Of a stretch of 64,000 bases of DNA, positions 50,153-61,095 are shown one piece after another. The notes beneath the pieces were generated by a model that did not search any database, had not been told where the DNA came from, and was given only the letters and a program-made list of their open reading frames with translations. The position numbers and the translations under genes were made by a program. Source of the DNA: Occultella glacieicola (GTDB lineage Bacteria > Actinomycetota > Actinomycetes > Actinomycetales > Beutenbergiaceae); contig NZ_SMNA01000005.1 in assembly GCF_004353825.1 (NCBI RefSeq), positions 372,001-436,000 on the forward strand, in the 5' to 3' direction. The number at the start of each line of letters is the position of its first letter. The stretch's first letter is position 1.

Positions 50153-51580
50153 ATGTCCGGCACTCACGATTTCGTTGTCGTCGCCAATCGCCTGCCCGTG
50201 GACATCCGCATCGATGTCGACGGCGAACGTACCTGGACCCGCTCCCCCGGCGGCCTGGTGACGGCACTGGACCCGATCATGCGGGCCAAGGGTGGGGCGT
50301 GGGTCGGCTGGTCCGGTTCCCCGGACGCCGCCCTCGACCCGTTCGACGCGGACGGCATGTGGCTGGCCCCGGTGCCGCTGTCCTCCAAGGAGGTGGCCGC
50401 CTATTACGAGGGCTTCTCCAACGCCACCCTGTGGCCGCTCTACCACGACGTGATCGTCGACCCGGAGTACCACCGGGAATGGTGGAACTCCTACCTCGAG
50501 GTGAACCGCCGGTTCGCCGAGGCCGCCGCGGTGGCCGCCGCCGAGCACGCCACCGTCTGGGTGCACGACTACCAGTTGCAGCTCGTCCCGCAGATGCTGC
50601 GCAGGCTCCGCCCGGACGTGCGGATCGGGTTCTTCAACCACATCCCGTTCCCACCCGTGGAACTGTTCGGGCAGCTGCCCTGGCGCGCGCAGGTCATCGA
50701 GGGCCTCCTCGGGGCGGACCTGGTCGGCTTCCAGCGCACCGGGGACGCCGCGAACTTCCTGCGCGCCGTGCGCCGGTTCACCTCCTACGGCACCCGTGGC
50801 CAGGTGATCACGATCGGCAAGCACTGGACCCGCCCGGAGCGGCACGTGCGGGCCGCGACGTTCCCGATCTCCATCGACTCCGGGCAGCTGGACGAGCTCG
50901 CCCGCACCGAGGCCGTGCAGCAGCGGGCCGCCGAGATCCGCACCGAGCTCGGTGACCCGGACGTGCTGCTCCTCGGCGTCGACCGGCTCGACTACACGAA
51001 GGGGATCCGGCACCGGATCAAGGCGTTCGGCGAGCTCGTCGCCGAGAAGAAGCTGACCGTCCCGGCCACCGCGCTGGTGCAGGTGGCCAGCCCGAGCCGG
51101 GAGCAGGTGGAGCAGTACAAGAACCTCCGCCAGGAGGTCGAGGTGATGGTCGGGAACCTCAACGGCGAGCACGGTTCGCTCGGCCGCGCGGCCATCTACT
51201 ACATGCACCACTCCTACCCCCAGGAGGAGATGGCCGCGCTGTACCGGGCCGCCGACGTGATGTTGGTGACCGCCCTGCGGGACGGCATGAACCTGGTCGC
51301 CAAGGAGTACGTGGCCGCCCGCAGCGACCTCGGCGGGGTGCTCGTGCTCAGCGAGTTCGCGGGCGCCGCGGACGAGATGAGCCAGGCCCTGCTGGTCAAC
51401 CCGCACAACATCGAGGGCATGAAGAGCGCCATCATGAGGGCCGCCACCATGGACCCGCGCGAGGGGCGCCGTCGGATGCGGGCCCTGCGCAAGCGGGTCC
51501 TCGAGCACGACGTGACGCACTGGGCGGGCTCGTTCCTGTCCGTGCTGGAGGCGGTGCCACAGCGCGACACACACGTCTGA
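50153..51580 (+). CDS. otsA: Trehalose-6-phosphate synthase
   Basis: [37 protein letters not shown]. Confidence 0.97.
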   Translation: MSGTHDFVVVANRLPVDIRIDVDGERTWTRSPGGLVTALDPIMRAKGGAWVGWSGSPDAALDPFDADGMWLAPVPLSSKEVAAYYEGFSNATLWPLYHDVIVDPEYHREWWNSYLEVNRRFAEAAAVAAAEHATVWVHDYQLQLVPQMLRRLRPDVRIGFFNHIPFPPVELFGQLPWRAQVIEGLLGADLVGFQRTGDAANFLRAVRRFTSYGTRGQVITIGKHWTRPERHVRAATFPISIDSGQLDELARTEAVQQRAAEIRTELGDPDVLLLGVDRLDYTKGIRHRIKAFGELVAEKKLTVPATALVQVASPSREQVEQYKNLRQEVEVMVGNLNGEHGSLGRAAIYYMHHSYPQEEMAALYRAADVMLVTALRDGMNLVAKEYVAARSDLGGVLVLSEFAGAADEMSQALLVNPHNIEGMKSAIMRAATMDPREGRRRMRALRKRVLEHDVTHWAGSFLSVLEAVPQRDTHV

Positions 51581-51619
51581 GCCCGCCCCGACGACCACGA
51601 CGAGCCCTGAGGAGAACCC

Positions 51620-52447
51620 ATGGACGAGTCCCTGACGGCGGCGCTCGCGGACTTCGCCGCGTCCTCCCCGATCCTGATCGCCCTCGACTTCGACGGCTGC
51701 CTCGCACCGTTCGAGCGGGACCCGGCGAACTCCCGCCCGCTGCCGGAGTCCGCCACGGCCCTCGCCCGACTCGGGACCGACCCCGGCGTGCAGCTCGCCC
51801 TGGTCTCCGGCCGTCCGGCGGCGGACCTGCTCGCCCTCGCCTCGCCGCCCGCCGGCACCTGGCTGGTGGGCAGCCACGGCGGGCAGACCGGCGAGGTCCG
51901 CGCCGACGGCACCTTGCACCTCGACGCGTTCGAACTGACGACGGCGCAGGCCGAGTTGCTCGGTGCCGTCACCGAGGCGATGGCCGAGGTGGCCGACGCG
52001 CACCCGGGTGCCTGGGTCGAGCGCAAGCCCGCGGCCGCGGCCCTGCACACCCGCGGCCTCGATCCCGCCGCGGCTGAGGCGGCCCTCGCCGCGGCGATGG
52101 TCGGTCCCGGCACCTGGCCGGGCGTACACCCGATCCTCGGGAACCAGGTCGCCGAGCTCGCCGTCCTCGAGGTGACGAAGGGGCAGGCGCTCGAGCGTCT
52201 GCGCGCCCGCCCGGCGCGGGAGGCGACGACGCCCACGGAGGCGAGTTCCGCCGTCGGGCGCCGGGTGCTGTACGCGGGCGACGACGTGACCGACGAGACG
52301 GCCCTGGCCACCCTGCGAGACGGCGATCTCGGCGTGAAGGTCGGCGCCGCCCCGAGCGTGGCCGCGCACCGGGTTCCGGACGAACGGGGGGTGGCCCGGA
52401 TGCTCACTGATCTCGCGGACCGGAGGGTGACGCGGAACACCCCGTGA
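51620..52447 (+). CDS. otsB: Trehalose-6-phosphate phosphatase
   Basis: DFDGCL, SGR, GSHG, GDDVTDE. Confidence 0.9.
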   Translation: MDESLTAALADFAASSPILIALDFDGCLAPFERDPANSRPLPESATALARLGTDPGVQLALVSGRPAADLLALASPPAGTWLVGSHGGQTGEVRADGTLHLDAFELTTAQAELLGAVTEAMAEVADAHPGAWVERKPAAAALHTRGLDPAAAEAALAAAMVGPGTWPGVHPILGNQVAELAVLEVTKGQALERLRARPAREATTPTEASSAVGRRVLYAGDDVTDETALATLRDGDLGVKVGAAPSVAAHRVPDERGVARMLTDLADRRVTRNTP

Positions 52448-52509
52448 CGTGTGGCACAATCATGGTGGCTCGCAGCCATGCGGGCCGTGTCAGCGGAGAC
52501 ACTCTGACA

Positions 52510-52552
52510 CCTTTCACAACGGATCGTCCGGCACGTACCTGCCGGTGAAGGG
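52510..52552 (+). ncRNA. msiK RNA motif (cis-regulatory 5' UTR structure)
   Basis: CCTTTCAC...GGATCGT-CCGGCA-CGTACC-TGCCGG-TGAAGGG hairpin overlapping the RBS of msiK; recognised from memory of the actinobacterial motif. Confidence 0.7.
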
Positions 52553-52563
52553 AAAGACCAGTC

Positions 52564-53688
52564 ATGGCATCGGTCACTTACGACCAAGCGACCCGGGTGT
52601 ACCCGGGCCAGGAGCGTCCCGCGGTGGACGCGCTCAACCTCGAGGTCGCCGACGGCGAGTTCCTCGTTCTCGTCGGCCCGTCCGGCTGCGGTAAGTCCAC
52701 CTCGCTGCGGATGCTCGCCGGCCTGGAGGACGTGAACTCCGGCCGGATCCTCATCGGCGACCGGGACGTCACCGACGTCCAGCCGAAGGACCGCGACATC
52801 GCGATGGTGTTCCAGAACTACGCGCTGTACCCGCACATGTCGGTGGCGGACAACATGGGCTTCGCCCTGAAGATCGCCGGCACCCCGAAGGCGCAGATCC
52901 GCGAGCGCGTCGAAGAGGCCGCCAAGATCCTCGACCTGACCGAGTACCTCGACCGGAAGCCGAAGGCGCTCTCCGGTGGTCAGCGTCAGCGTGTCGCCAT
53001 GGGCCGCGCCATCGTGCGTCAGCCCCAGGTGTTCCTCATGGACGAGCCGCTGTCCAACCTGGACGCCAAGCTCCGCGTCCAGACGCGTACGCAGATCGCG
53101 TCGCTGCAGCGTCGTCTCGGGGTCACCACCGTGTACGTGACCCACGACCAGACCGAGGCCCTGACCATGGGTGACCGCATCGCGGTCCTCAAGGACGGTC
53201 TCCTCCAGCAGGTCGGCACCCCGCGGGAGATGTACGACACCCCCGCGAACGTGTTCGTCGCCGGCTTCATCGGCTCCCCGGCCATGAACCTCGGTAGCTT
53301 CGCCGTCGCCGACGGCAAGGCCAACCTGGGCGACACGCACATCCCGCTGACGCGCACCACGATCGACGCGCTGACCGAGGAGGACAAGGGCGAGATCACC
53401 CTCGGCTTCCGTCCCGAGTCCCTGGACGTCGCGACCGAGGGCGAGGAGGGCGCGTTCGCCATCAACGTCAACCTCGTCGAGGAGCTCGGTTCGGACGCGT
53501 TCGTGTACGGCCAGCTGGCCGCCCGCGAGGTCGCCGAGCACGTCACCTCCGGCGCCGGTGAGGCCCAGCTGATCGCGCGCGTCGACCCGCGCCGCCCCCC
53601 GATGAAGGGCGACAAGATCTGGGTCAAGGTCCGCGCGGGCGAGGCGCACGTCTTCTCCTCCGCCACGGGTCTGCGCCTGCCGGCCTGA
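52564..53688 (+). CDS. msiK: Sugar ABC transporter ATPase (MsiK-type)
   Basis: GPSGCGKST, FQNYALYPH, LSGGQRQR, DEPLSNLDAKLR. Confidence 0.9.
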   Translation: MASVTYDQATRVYPGQERPAVDALNLEVADGEFLVLVGPSGCGKSTSLRMLAGLEDVNSGRILIGDRDVTDVQPKDRDIAMVFQNYALYPHMSVADNMGFALKIAGTPKAQIRERVEEAAKILDLTEYLDRKPKALSGGQRQRVAMGRAIVRQPQVFLMDEPLSNLDAKLRVQTRTQIASLQRRLGVTTVYVTHDQTEALTMGDRIAVLKDGLLQQVGTPREMYDTPANVFVAGFIGSPAMNLGSFAVADGKANLGDTHIPLTRTTIDALTEEDKGEITLGFRPESLDVATEGEEGAFAINVNLVEELGSDAFVYGQLAAREVAEHVTSGAGEAQLIARVDPRRPPMKGDKIWVKVRAGEAHVFSSATGLRLPA

Positions 53689-53702
53689 TTCCACGCAGCA
53701 CA

Positions 53703-53738
53703 CGAGGGGGCGGGTTCCTGACGGGGCCCGCCCCCTCG
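53703..53738 (+). terminator. Hairpin after msiK
   Basis: CGAGGGGGCGGG...CCCGCCCCCTCG. Confidence 0.65.
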
Positions 53739-53818
53739 CGCGTGCCCCGGCGGGTCCGCCCGGGCCCATGCTCGAGGGGGCCGACGCGCCCGGGGGCCGA
53801 ACCTGAGAGACTTCTCCC

Positions 53819-55069
53819 ATGCCACAGTCCCTGCAGATCACCGCCGCGGCTCCCGACCCGGCGCTGCTGGACCTGCCCTGGCACGTGCCGCTCGAGGACT
53901 GGCCCGCCTCCCATCTGGCCGCGCTGCCCCGCGGGATCTCCCGGCACGTGGTCCGGTTCGTGAAGCTCTCCGGGCGGGTCATCGCGGTCAAGGAGATCGG
54001 TGAGTCCGTCGCCTACCGCGAGTACGCGCTGCTGCGGGACCTGAACCGGCTGGACGTGCCGTCCGTGGAACCGGTCGGGGTGATCACCGGGCGGACCGCT
54101 CCTGACGGGGAGCCGCTGAACTCCGTGCTGATCACGAAGCACCTGAAGTTCTCGCTGCCCTACCGGGCCCTGTTCAGCCGGAACCTGGGACCGGACATGG
54201 CCACCCGGCTCATCGACGCCCTCGCCGTGCTGCTGGTGCGCCTGCACCTGACCGGCTTCTACTGGGGCGACGTGTCGCTGTCGAACACCCTGTTCCGGCG
54301 GGACGCCGGCGAGTTCGCGGCCTACCTCGTGGACGCCGAGACCGGGGACCTGCACGAGACGTTGACCAAGGGCCAGCGCGAGTACGACCTGGAGATCGCC
54401 CGGGTCAACATCATCGGCGAGCTCATGGACCTGGCCGCCGGTGAACTCCTCGTCGACGAGGAGATGGACACCGTCGCGGTCGGCGAGATGATCGTGCAGC
54501 GCTACCAGGAGCTCTGGGACGAGCTGACCGGGACCGAGGAGTTCGGCGCGACCGAACGCTGGCGGGTGATGGACCGGATCCGCCGTCTGAACGAGCTCGG
54601 CTACGACGTCGGCGAGCTTCAGATGACGACGGACCTGGACGGCACCACCGTGCAGATCCAGCCGAAGGTCGTCGACGCCGGGCACCACCACCGCCGGCTG
54701 ATGCGGCTGACCGGGCTGGACGCCGGCGAGAACCAGGCCCGGCGGCTGCTCAACGACATGGACACCTACCAGGCGGCCACCGACCAGCAGGGCGAGGACG
54801 AGGAGTTCGTGGCCCACGAGTGGCTCTCGGATGTCTTCGAGCCGACCGTACGCGCCATCCCGCGGGAACTGCGCGGCAAGCTCGAGCCGGCCGAGATGTT
54901 CCACGAGGTGCTCGAGCACCGTTGGTTCATGGCGCAGAACGCCGGTCACGACATCCCGACCGCGCAGGCCGTGACCTCCTACGTGGAGAACGTGCTGCGG
55001 CACCGGCCGGACGAGGAGGCCGTGCTCGGCCTCGACACGGCGACCCTGGCGGCCATCGAGCCCGACTGA
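53819..55069 (+). CDS. DUF4032 kinase-like protein
   Basis: GISRHVVRF, WGDVSLSNTLF, LVDAETG, EVLEHRW. Confidence 0.85.
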   Translation: MPQSLQITAAAPDPALLDLPWHVPLEDWPASHLAALPRGISRHVVRFVKLSGRVIAVKEIGESVAYREYALLRDLNRLDVPSVEPVGVITGRTAPDGEPLNSVLITKHLKFSLPYRALFSRNLGPDMATRLIDALAVLLVRLHLTGFYWGDVSLSNTLFRRDAGEFAAYLVDAETGDLHETLTKGQREYDLEIARVNIIGELMDLAAGELLVDEEMDTVAVGEMIVQRYQELWDELTGTEEFGATERWRVMDRIRRLNELGYDVGELQMTTDLDGTTVQIQPKVVDAGHHHRRLMRLTGLDAGENQARRLLNDMDTYQAATDQQGEDEEFVAHEWLSDVFEPTVRAIPRELRGKLEPAEMFHEVLEHRWFMAQNAGHDIPTAQAVTSYVENVLRHRPDEEAVLGLDTATLAAIEPD

Positions 55070-55154
55070 GCCGGACGGCGGCCCCCGAGCCCGGCCTTGG
55101 ACGAACGGAACCGACCCGCCCGGCCGGACCTGCGCCGTCGGGCGTGTCCGGCGG

Positions 55155-56522
55155 CTACGGGCGCGCCGGGTCGGGCTCGGCGAGCGCGGCGTGGACCGAC
55201 GTGCCGGCCAGCAGGTCGGCGACGTCCACCCGCGCACCGGTGCGGCGCGAGGAGTTCGCCGCGATGCCCACGAGCACCGAGCGCAGGCCGTCGGCGAGCC
55301 CGGCCGGACGCCCGAGCGGGTCGAGGGCCGGCCCACGGAACACGTCGGTCAGGAGCTGGACGTCGCCACCGCCGTGCCCGCCCTCGCCCGCGGGGATCGG
55401 CACCTCCTCGGCGATTTCCCAGTGGCGCTGCACGAGCAGTCGCTGCCCACGCGCCCGCACCCCGTCGGCGCCGGCCACGTTGGCCGGGGAGTTCGCGTCG
55501 AGGATCGGGTGGCCGTGGGCGTCCGGGACCACCGCGGACCGCTCGACCACCTCCAGCTCGGCCCGGCCCTCGGTGCCGTTCGCGGTGACCCGGTACCCCT
55601 CCCACGGCGAGTGCGCGTTCAGGGAGTAGGTGAGGACCGAACCGCGCCCGTAGCCGACCATCACGGACATGTTGTCCTCGATGGAGATGCCCGCCGAGAA
55701 CACGTCCACGTCCCGCAGGTACCCGTCATGGTGCTCGGTCTCGTAGTACAGGCGGCGCAGTTCCGGGTCGGTGCGCAGATCGAGGGCGAACGGGTCCCGG
55801 GTGGGCGGGTCCACCGTGCCGCGGGCGGGCCGGGCCGGCAGACCGCGGGCGATGGCGTTCTCGCGGCCGTAGAAGCGCAGGTCACCGGCCGCGAACACCC
55901 AGGCGGGGGTGTCGGTGAGCCACCAGTTGACGAGGTCGAAGTGGTGGGACGCCTTGTGCACGAGGAGCCCGCCGGAGTTGGCCCGGTCCCGGTGCCAGCG
56001 GCGGAAGTAGTCCGCGCCGTGGGCGGTGTCCAGGGCCCACTCGAAGTGCATCGAGGTGACGGTCCCGATCCGCCCGGAGTCGATGACGTCCTTCAGGGCG
56101 CCGTTGCGCGGCGCGTAGCGGTAGTTGAAGGTCAGCACCAGGGACCGCCCGGTGGCGGCGACGGCGTCGGCGATCCGCTCGCACCCGGCCAGGTCGATGG
56201 TCAGCGGCTTCTCGACCACGACGTCCGCCCCGGCCCGGAGGGCCCCCGCGGCCAGATCCGCGTGGGTGTGGTCGGGGCTGGTCAGGATGACCCGGTCGAC
56301 GCGCTCGGCCGTGACCATCGTCTCGAGGTCGGCGGGCAGGTACCGGACCGGCATCGGCACCCCCGGCCGAGCCCGGGCGACCAGGTCGTCGTAGACGTCC
56401 AGCCGGCCCGGGTTCGGCTCGCACCACGCCACCAGGTCCCCGGTGTCGGAGAACGGGCCCAGCAGTGCGTCGATGTACATCCGTGCCCGTGAGCCGGTGC
56501 CGATGATCGCGTACCTCGTCAT
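55155..56522 (-). CDS. Gfo/Idh/MocA family oxidoreductase
   Basis: GTGSRA, EKP, FNYRY, HGADYFRRWHR, HHFD. Confidence 0.9.
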   Translation of the reverse strand: MTRYAIIGTGSRARMYIDALLGPFSDTGDLVAWCEPNPGRLDVYDDLVARARPGVPMPVRYLPADLETMVTAERVDRVILTSPDHTHADLAAGALRAGADVVVEKPLTIDLAGCERIADAVAATGRSLVLTFNYRYAPRNGALKDVIDSGRIGTVTSMHFEWALDTAHGADYFRRWHRDRANSGGLLVHKASHHFDLVNWWLTDTPAWVFAAGDLRFYGRENAIARGLPARPARGTVDPPTRDPFALDLRTDPELRRLYYETEHHDGYLRDVDVFSAGISIEDNMSVMVGYGRGSVLTYSLNAHSPWEGYRVTANGTEGRAELEVVERSAVVPDAHGHPILDANSPANVAGADGVRARGQRLLVQRHWEIAEEVPIPAGEGGHGGGDVQLLTDVFRGPALDPLGRPAGLADGLRSVLVGIAANSSRRTGARVDVADLLAGTSVHAALAEPDPARP

Positions 56523-56558
56523 CTGCCGGTGCTCCTCTCGTCGGTGCTGAGCTCTGGC

Positions 56559-57503
56559 CTACTTGATCCCGGTCGTCGCGATGCCCTTGACCAGGTACTT
56601 CTGGCCGAACAGGAACACCACGAAGACCGGGATCAGGGAGACGATGGACATCGCGAACAGCGCGCCCCAGTTCGAGGACCCGGTGGAGTCCACGAACGTG
56701 CGCAGGGCCACCGGTACCGTGTACATGTCCGGGCTGGTCAGGAAGATGAGCTGGCCGAAGAAGTCGTTCCAGGTCCAGATGAACGTGAAGATCGCCGTGG
56801 TGGCCAGGGCCGGCAGGGACAGCGGCATCATGATCCGGGCATAGATGCGGATGTGCCCGCACCCGTCCAGGCGGGCGGCCTCGTCCAGCTCCTTCGGGAT
56901 GCCCCGGAAGAACTGGACCATCAGGAAGATGAAGAACGCGTCCGTGGCGAGGAACTTCGGGACGATCAGCGGAAGGAACGTGTTGATCCAGTCCAGTTCG
57001 GAGAACAGCACGTACTGCGGCACGATCACGACGTGGATCGGCAGCATGATCGACATCAGCATGATGGCGAACCACAGCCGCCGGCCGGTGAAGTTCAGCC
57101 GGGCGAACGCGTAGGCCGCCATCGAGCAGGAGACCAGGTTCCCGAGCACCGCCCCGGCCACCACCACGGCGGAGTTGGCCAGGTAGTGCGTGAACGGGTG
57201 CGCCAGCGCGTTCCAGCCGATCGTGTAGTTGGTCAGGTCCCACGCGGCGGGCAGCAGGGAGGGGTCCCGGAAGATGAGGTCGTTCGGTTTGAGCGAGCTG
57301 GACACCATCCACAACAGCGGGTACAGCATCACCAGACCGAAGGCGATCAGCAGCAGGTGCCGGACGACCGAGCGCACCCGGGACCGCCACGTCAGTGGCC
57401 GGCGGGCCGGTGGCGCCTGCGCCGCCAGCTCGGACAGGCTGCCCCGACGCTCGCTCGGGGCCGGAACCGGGGGCCGGGGCCCGCCGGAACGGGTGTCAGT
57501 CAC
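56559..57503 (-). CDS. Carbohydrate ABC transporter permease
   Basis: EAARLDG loop, WNDF, TMs. Confidence 0.9.
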   Translation of the reverse strand: MTDTRSGGPRPPVPAPSERRGSLSELAAQAPPARRPLTWRSRVRSVVRHLLLIAFGLVMLYPLLWMVSSSLKPNDLIFRDPSLLPAAWDLTNYTIGWNALAHPFTHYLANSAVVVAGAVLGNLVSCSMAAYAFARLNFTGRRLWFAIMLMSIMLPIHVVIVPQYVLFSELDWINTFLPLIVPKFLATDAFFIFLMVQFFRGIPKELDEAARLDGCGHIRIYARIMMPLSLPALATTAIFTFIWTWNDFFGQLIFLTSPDMYTVPVALRTFVDSTGSSNWGALFAMSIVSLIPVFVVFLFGQKYLVKGIATTGIK

Positions 57504-58467
57504 CGTAGAACACCCAGTATTTGGAGGCGAGGAAGTTCACGGCGGTCATCCCGGCGATGATCACGAGCAGTAGCCACGCCATCGCCGAGGCGTAGCCCAT
57601 GTCGAACGCGCCGAACCCCCGCTGGTAGAGGTAGAGCGTGTAGAACATCGTCGAGTCCGCGGGCCCACCGGTGCCACCGGACACGACGAAGGCCTGCGTG
57701 AAGGACTGGAACGCGCCGATCAGCTGCAGCACTAGGTTGAAGAAGATGATCGGGGTGAGCAGCGGCAGCGTGATGGAGCGGAACCGCCGGGCCCGGGACG
57801 CGCCGTCGATCGCGGCGGCCTCGTAGTAGGTCTCCGGGATCTGCCGCAGCCCGGCCAGGAAGATCACCATCGGCGCCCCGAACGTCCAGACGTTCAGGAC
57901 CATCAGGGTGCCGAGCGCGTAGTCCGGGTGCGACACCCACCCCTGCCCCTCGACGCCGAAGATCCCGAGGAAGGCGTTCACGAGCCCGTTGGTGCCGAAC
58001 ACCTGGCGCCACAGGATCGCGATCGCCACCGACCCGCCGAGCAGCGACGGCAGATAGAACACGGACCGGTAGATCGCCAGTGCGCGTAGGCCCCGGTCCA
58101 GCACGATCGCCAGCAGCAGAGCCGCCGCGAGCTGCAACGGCACCGAGATCAACACGTAGCTGAACGTGACCCCGAGCGAGTTCAGCAGCCGTTCGTCGGT
58201 GAGCATCCGGGCGTAGTTCTCCCACCCGGTCCAGTTCGGGTCCTGGAGCAGGTTGTAGTCCGTGAAGGACAGGTACAGCGAGGCCACCAGCGGCCCGGCG
58301 GTGATCACGAACAGTCCGATGAACCATGGGGCCAGGAAGAACGCCGCGGCCCGGTTGTCGCCCTTCTGCGCGGCGCTGCGGCTCTGCCTGCCATGCCTCG
58401 CCTGCCGGCCCCGGCGTCCCCGGTCCGGCTCGCGGCGCAGGCCGCTCAGTTCCTGGAGTGCGGACAT
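57496..58467 (-). CDS. Carbohydrate ABC transporter permease
   Basis: EAAAIDGA loop, MGYASA. Confidence 0.9.
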   Translation of the reverse strand: MSALQELSGLRREPDRGRRGRQARHGRQSRSAAQKGDNRAAAFFLAPWFIGLFVITAGPLVASLYLSFTDYNLLQDPNWTGWENYARMLTDERLLNSLGVTFSYVLISVPLQLAAALLLAIVLDRGLRALAIYRSVFYLPSLLGGSVAIAILWRQVFGTNGLVNAFLGIFGVEGQGWVSHPDYALGTLMVLNVWTFGAPMVIFLAGLRQIPETYYEAAAIDGASRARRFRSITLPLLTPIIFFNLVLQLIGAFQSFTQAFVVSGGTGGPADSTMFYTLYLYQRGFGAFDMGYASAMAWLLLVIIAGMTAVNFLASKYWVFYGD

Positions 58468-58504
58468 CGTCGTGGACCTCCCTCGGCGTCGATGGATCTC
58501 ACGA

Positions 58505-59857
58505 TCAGGAGATCGCCGCGGTCACCTCGGTCACGAACGCCGCGCCCGCATCCTCGGGGGTGGTCTGCCCGAACAGCACCTCCTGGTTGAGCCGGGTCAG
58601 GATCCCGGCGCTCTCGGTGGACCCGGTTGGCCCGATGACGAAGTCGCCGTCGATGAACTCGCTGACCTGGCTGAGGAAGTCGAACTCGACCTGCGTGGTC
58701 GGCTCGAGCCCCTGCTCGGACAGGTGCGCCCGGATGGTCTCGTTCGAGGGGACCCCACGGTCGGTGCCGATCAGGTCAGCGGCCTCGGTGCTGTTGACCA
58801 GGAAGTCGACCAGGCGGGCCGCCGCCTCCGGGTGCGCCGTCTGCGCGTTGATCGTGTACAACTGCGAGGCCTGCTGCCACATGGCGGAGCCGTTCTCACC
58901 GGTGTCACCAGGCACCCGCATCAGGATCAGCTCCTGGCCGGAGGCGTCCCGGAACGCACCGAGGTTGTTCGACCAGCCGAAGGACATCGCGGCCAGCCCC
59001 TGTCCGAGGAGCGACTGCTCGGGTGAGGTCTGGGTGGTCAGCTCGGAGGTGATCGTGGCCGGCGGGGTGGCGCCCGACTCCATGAGACCGGAGCCGTAGG
59101 TGAACCAGTCGGCGACCAGGTCCGGCGTCGCGTTCAGGCTGCCGTCCTCGAGGTAGAGCCCGTGCCCGGACCGGTGGTTCAGGTACAGGTCGAGCACCTC
59201 GGCGGATGTCGGGTCGGCTGCGCCGTAGGTGCCGTCCGGGGTGTTCGCGCTGATCTCGGCTGCGAGGTCCGCGAAGTCCTCCCAGGTCCAGGAGTCCTGG
59301 TCGGGCAGGTCCACGCCGGCCGCCTCGAAGATGGCCGGGTTGATCACCACCCCGTAGGTGTTCGCGCCGGTCGGTACCCCGTACTGGGTGTCGGAGAAGA
59401 ACCCGTTCGACAACGCGCCGGCGTCCAGGGTGGAGGTGTCCAGGAACTCCGAGACCTCGCCGAGGTCGAGCAGCGCGCCGCGGTCGCCGTACTCACGCGG
59501 GTAGGCGCCGCCCATCGTGATCACGTCCGGGGCGTCACCGGCGGCGACGGTGGTGGCGAGCCGGTCGAAGTAGGCGTTGAAGTCCACGTACTCGGTCTCG
59601 ACGGTGATGCCCGGGTTGGCCGCCTCGAACACGTCCACCGCCTCGTTCGTGATCGCGGCGCGGTCCTCGTTGCCCCACCATGCGAACCGGATCGTGACGT
59701 CACCGCCGTCGGCGGACGTCCCGCCGTCATCCCCCGGCTCCGCGGCGGGATCCTCCCCCTGCCCACACGCCGCCAGAGCGAGCACGAGTCCCGCGCCGAC
59801 GACGGCCGCGGCGCGTCGCCCGCGGCCGGTTCTCGCTGAGTGTCCGATGTTGCGCAT
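58505..59857 (-). CDS. Sugar ABC transporter substrate-binding lipoprotein
   Basis: Lipobox LAAC; FAWWGN, APDV, WTWED. Confidence 0.9.
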   Translation of the reverse strand: MRNIGHSARTGRGRRAAAVVGAGLVLALAACGQGEDPAAEPGDDGGTSADGGDVTIRFAWWGNEDRAAITNEAVDVFEAANPGITVETEYVDFNAYFDRLATTVAAGDAPDVITMGGAYPREYGDRGALLDLGEVSEFLDTSTLDAGALSNGFFSDTQYGVPTGANTYGVVINPAIFEAAGVDLPDQDSWTWEDFADLAAEISANTPDGTYGAADPTSAEVLDLYLNHRSGHGLYLEDGSLNATPDLVADWFTYGSGLMESGATPPATITSELTTQTSPEQSLLGQGLAAMSFGWSNNLGAFRDASGQELILMRVPGDTGENGSAMWQQASQLYTINAQTAHPEAAARLVDFLVNSTEAADLIGTDRGVPSNETIRAHLSEQGLEPTTQVEFDFLSQVSEFIDGDFVIGPTGSTESAGILTRLNQEVLFGQTTPEDAGAAFVTEVTAAIS

Positions 59858-59929
59858 GGTCCATCCCTCCCGGCGCGTCCTCGCGCCGATCCGCTTCCGC
59901 TGTGAAGTGAGCCTGGATGTCGATCCCTG

Positions 59930-59945
59930 TTTACACCGGTGTAAA
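59930..59945. promoter_or_regulatory. LacI-family operator
   Basis: Perfect palindrome TTTACACCGGTGTAAA with central CG, upstream of the ABC operon. Confidence 0.75.
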
Positions 59946-59982
59946 TGCACCATGTGACGGCCAGTGCTGTCAAGACCCCCGG

Positions 59983-61062
59983 TCAGCCGGTTGCCGTGGA
60001 CTCGCGGATCTTCACCCGGAAACCGGCCACGATCTCGTGGGCCGGTTCGTCGCCGGTCCCGTCGTGCACGCCGGCGCCGCCGGCGAGCCGGTCGGCGAGG
60101 AGCCCGACGGCGGTGCGTGCGATCCCGTCCCGGTCCGGGTCGATCGTGGTCAGGCTCGGGCGCGAGAACCTGGCCTCCTCGATGTTGTCGAAGCCGGCCA
60201 CGGCGACGTCATCGGGCACGGACAGACCTCGTTCGTAGAGTTCCCGCATGGCCCCGATCGCCATCACGTCGTTCAGCGCGAAGACGGCCTCGGGGACCGC
60301 CCCGCTCGCGAGGATCTGCGACATCGCGGCGGCCCCGGTCTGTCGGCTCCAGCGCTCGCCACCGGCGAGCAGGCGCGGATCGACCTCGGCCCCGGCGGCG
60401 GCCATCGCGGCGCGGAACCCGCGGGCGCGCAGGTTGCCGGCCCCGGTCTCGGCATCATGGCCGCCGATCAGCGCGATCCGGCGACGCCCGGTGCCGAGCA
60501 GGTGCTCGGTGATCGCCCGGGCGCCGTCCTCGTTCGCCATCGCGACATGGTCGAGCCCTCGGCGCAGGGCCCGCTCGCCGAGCAGCACCAGGGGGAAGTC
60601 GACGTCGAGCGCTCCGGCGTCCACCGAGCGCAACGCCGTCGGCGAATAGAGCAGCCCGTCCGTCATCCGTCGGCGCGGACTTGAGAGCACCTCGAGTTCC
60701 CCCGCACGGGTGCCGCCGGTCTGTTCGATCAGCACGGTCAGGCCGATCCGGTCGGCGGCGGCGATGACGGCATCGGCGAGCTCGGCGAAGTAGGCGAGGC
60801 GCAGCTCGGGCACCGCGAGCGCGATCAGCCCGGTCCGGCCCAGGCTGAGGTTCCGGGCCGTGAAGTTCATCTGGTAACCGAGCTCGTCGATCACCCGGAG
60901 CACGCGGTCCCGCATCTCGGGACGCACATGCGGGTAGGCGTTGACCACGTTCGAGACGGTCTTGAGGGAGACCCCGGCCCGCTGCGCCACGTCGCGCATC
61001 GTCACGGCACGCACCGCCGCGCTCACCTCCGCCCGTCCGGGGGTCCGACCGAACCCCGCCAC
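59983..61062 (-). CDS. LacI family regulator
   Basis: TMRDVAQRAGVSLKTVSNV, GFDN, PSLTT. Confidence 0.95.
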   Translation of the reverse strand: MAGFGRTPGRAEVSAAVRAVTMRDVAQRAGVSLKTVSNVVNAYPHVRPEMRDRVLRVIDELGYQMNFTARNLSLGRTGLIALAVPELRLAYFAELADAVIAAADRIGLTVLIEQTGGTRAGELEVLSSPRRRMTDGLLYSPTALRSVDAGALDVDFPLVLLGERALRRGLDHVAMANEDGARAITEHLLGTGRRRIALIGGHDAETGAGNLRARGFRAAMAAAGAEVDPRLLAGGERWSRQTGAAAMSQILASGAVPEAVFALNDVMAIGAMRELYERGLSVPDDVAVAGFDNIEEARFSRPSLTTIDPDRDGIARTAVGLLADRLAGGAGVHDGTGDEPAHEIVAGFRVKIRESTATG

Positions 61063-61095
61063 GGGGGAACTATGCCACCCGACGGCGCGCAGCGG

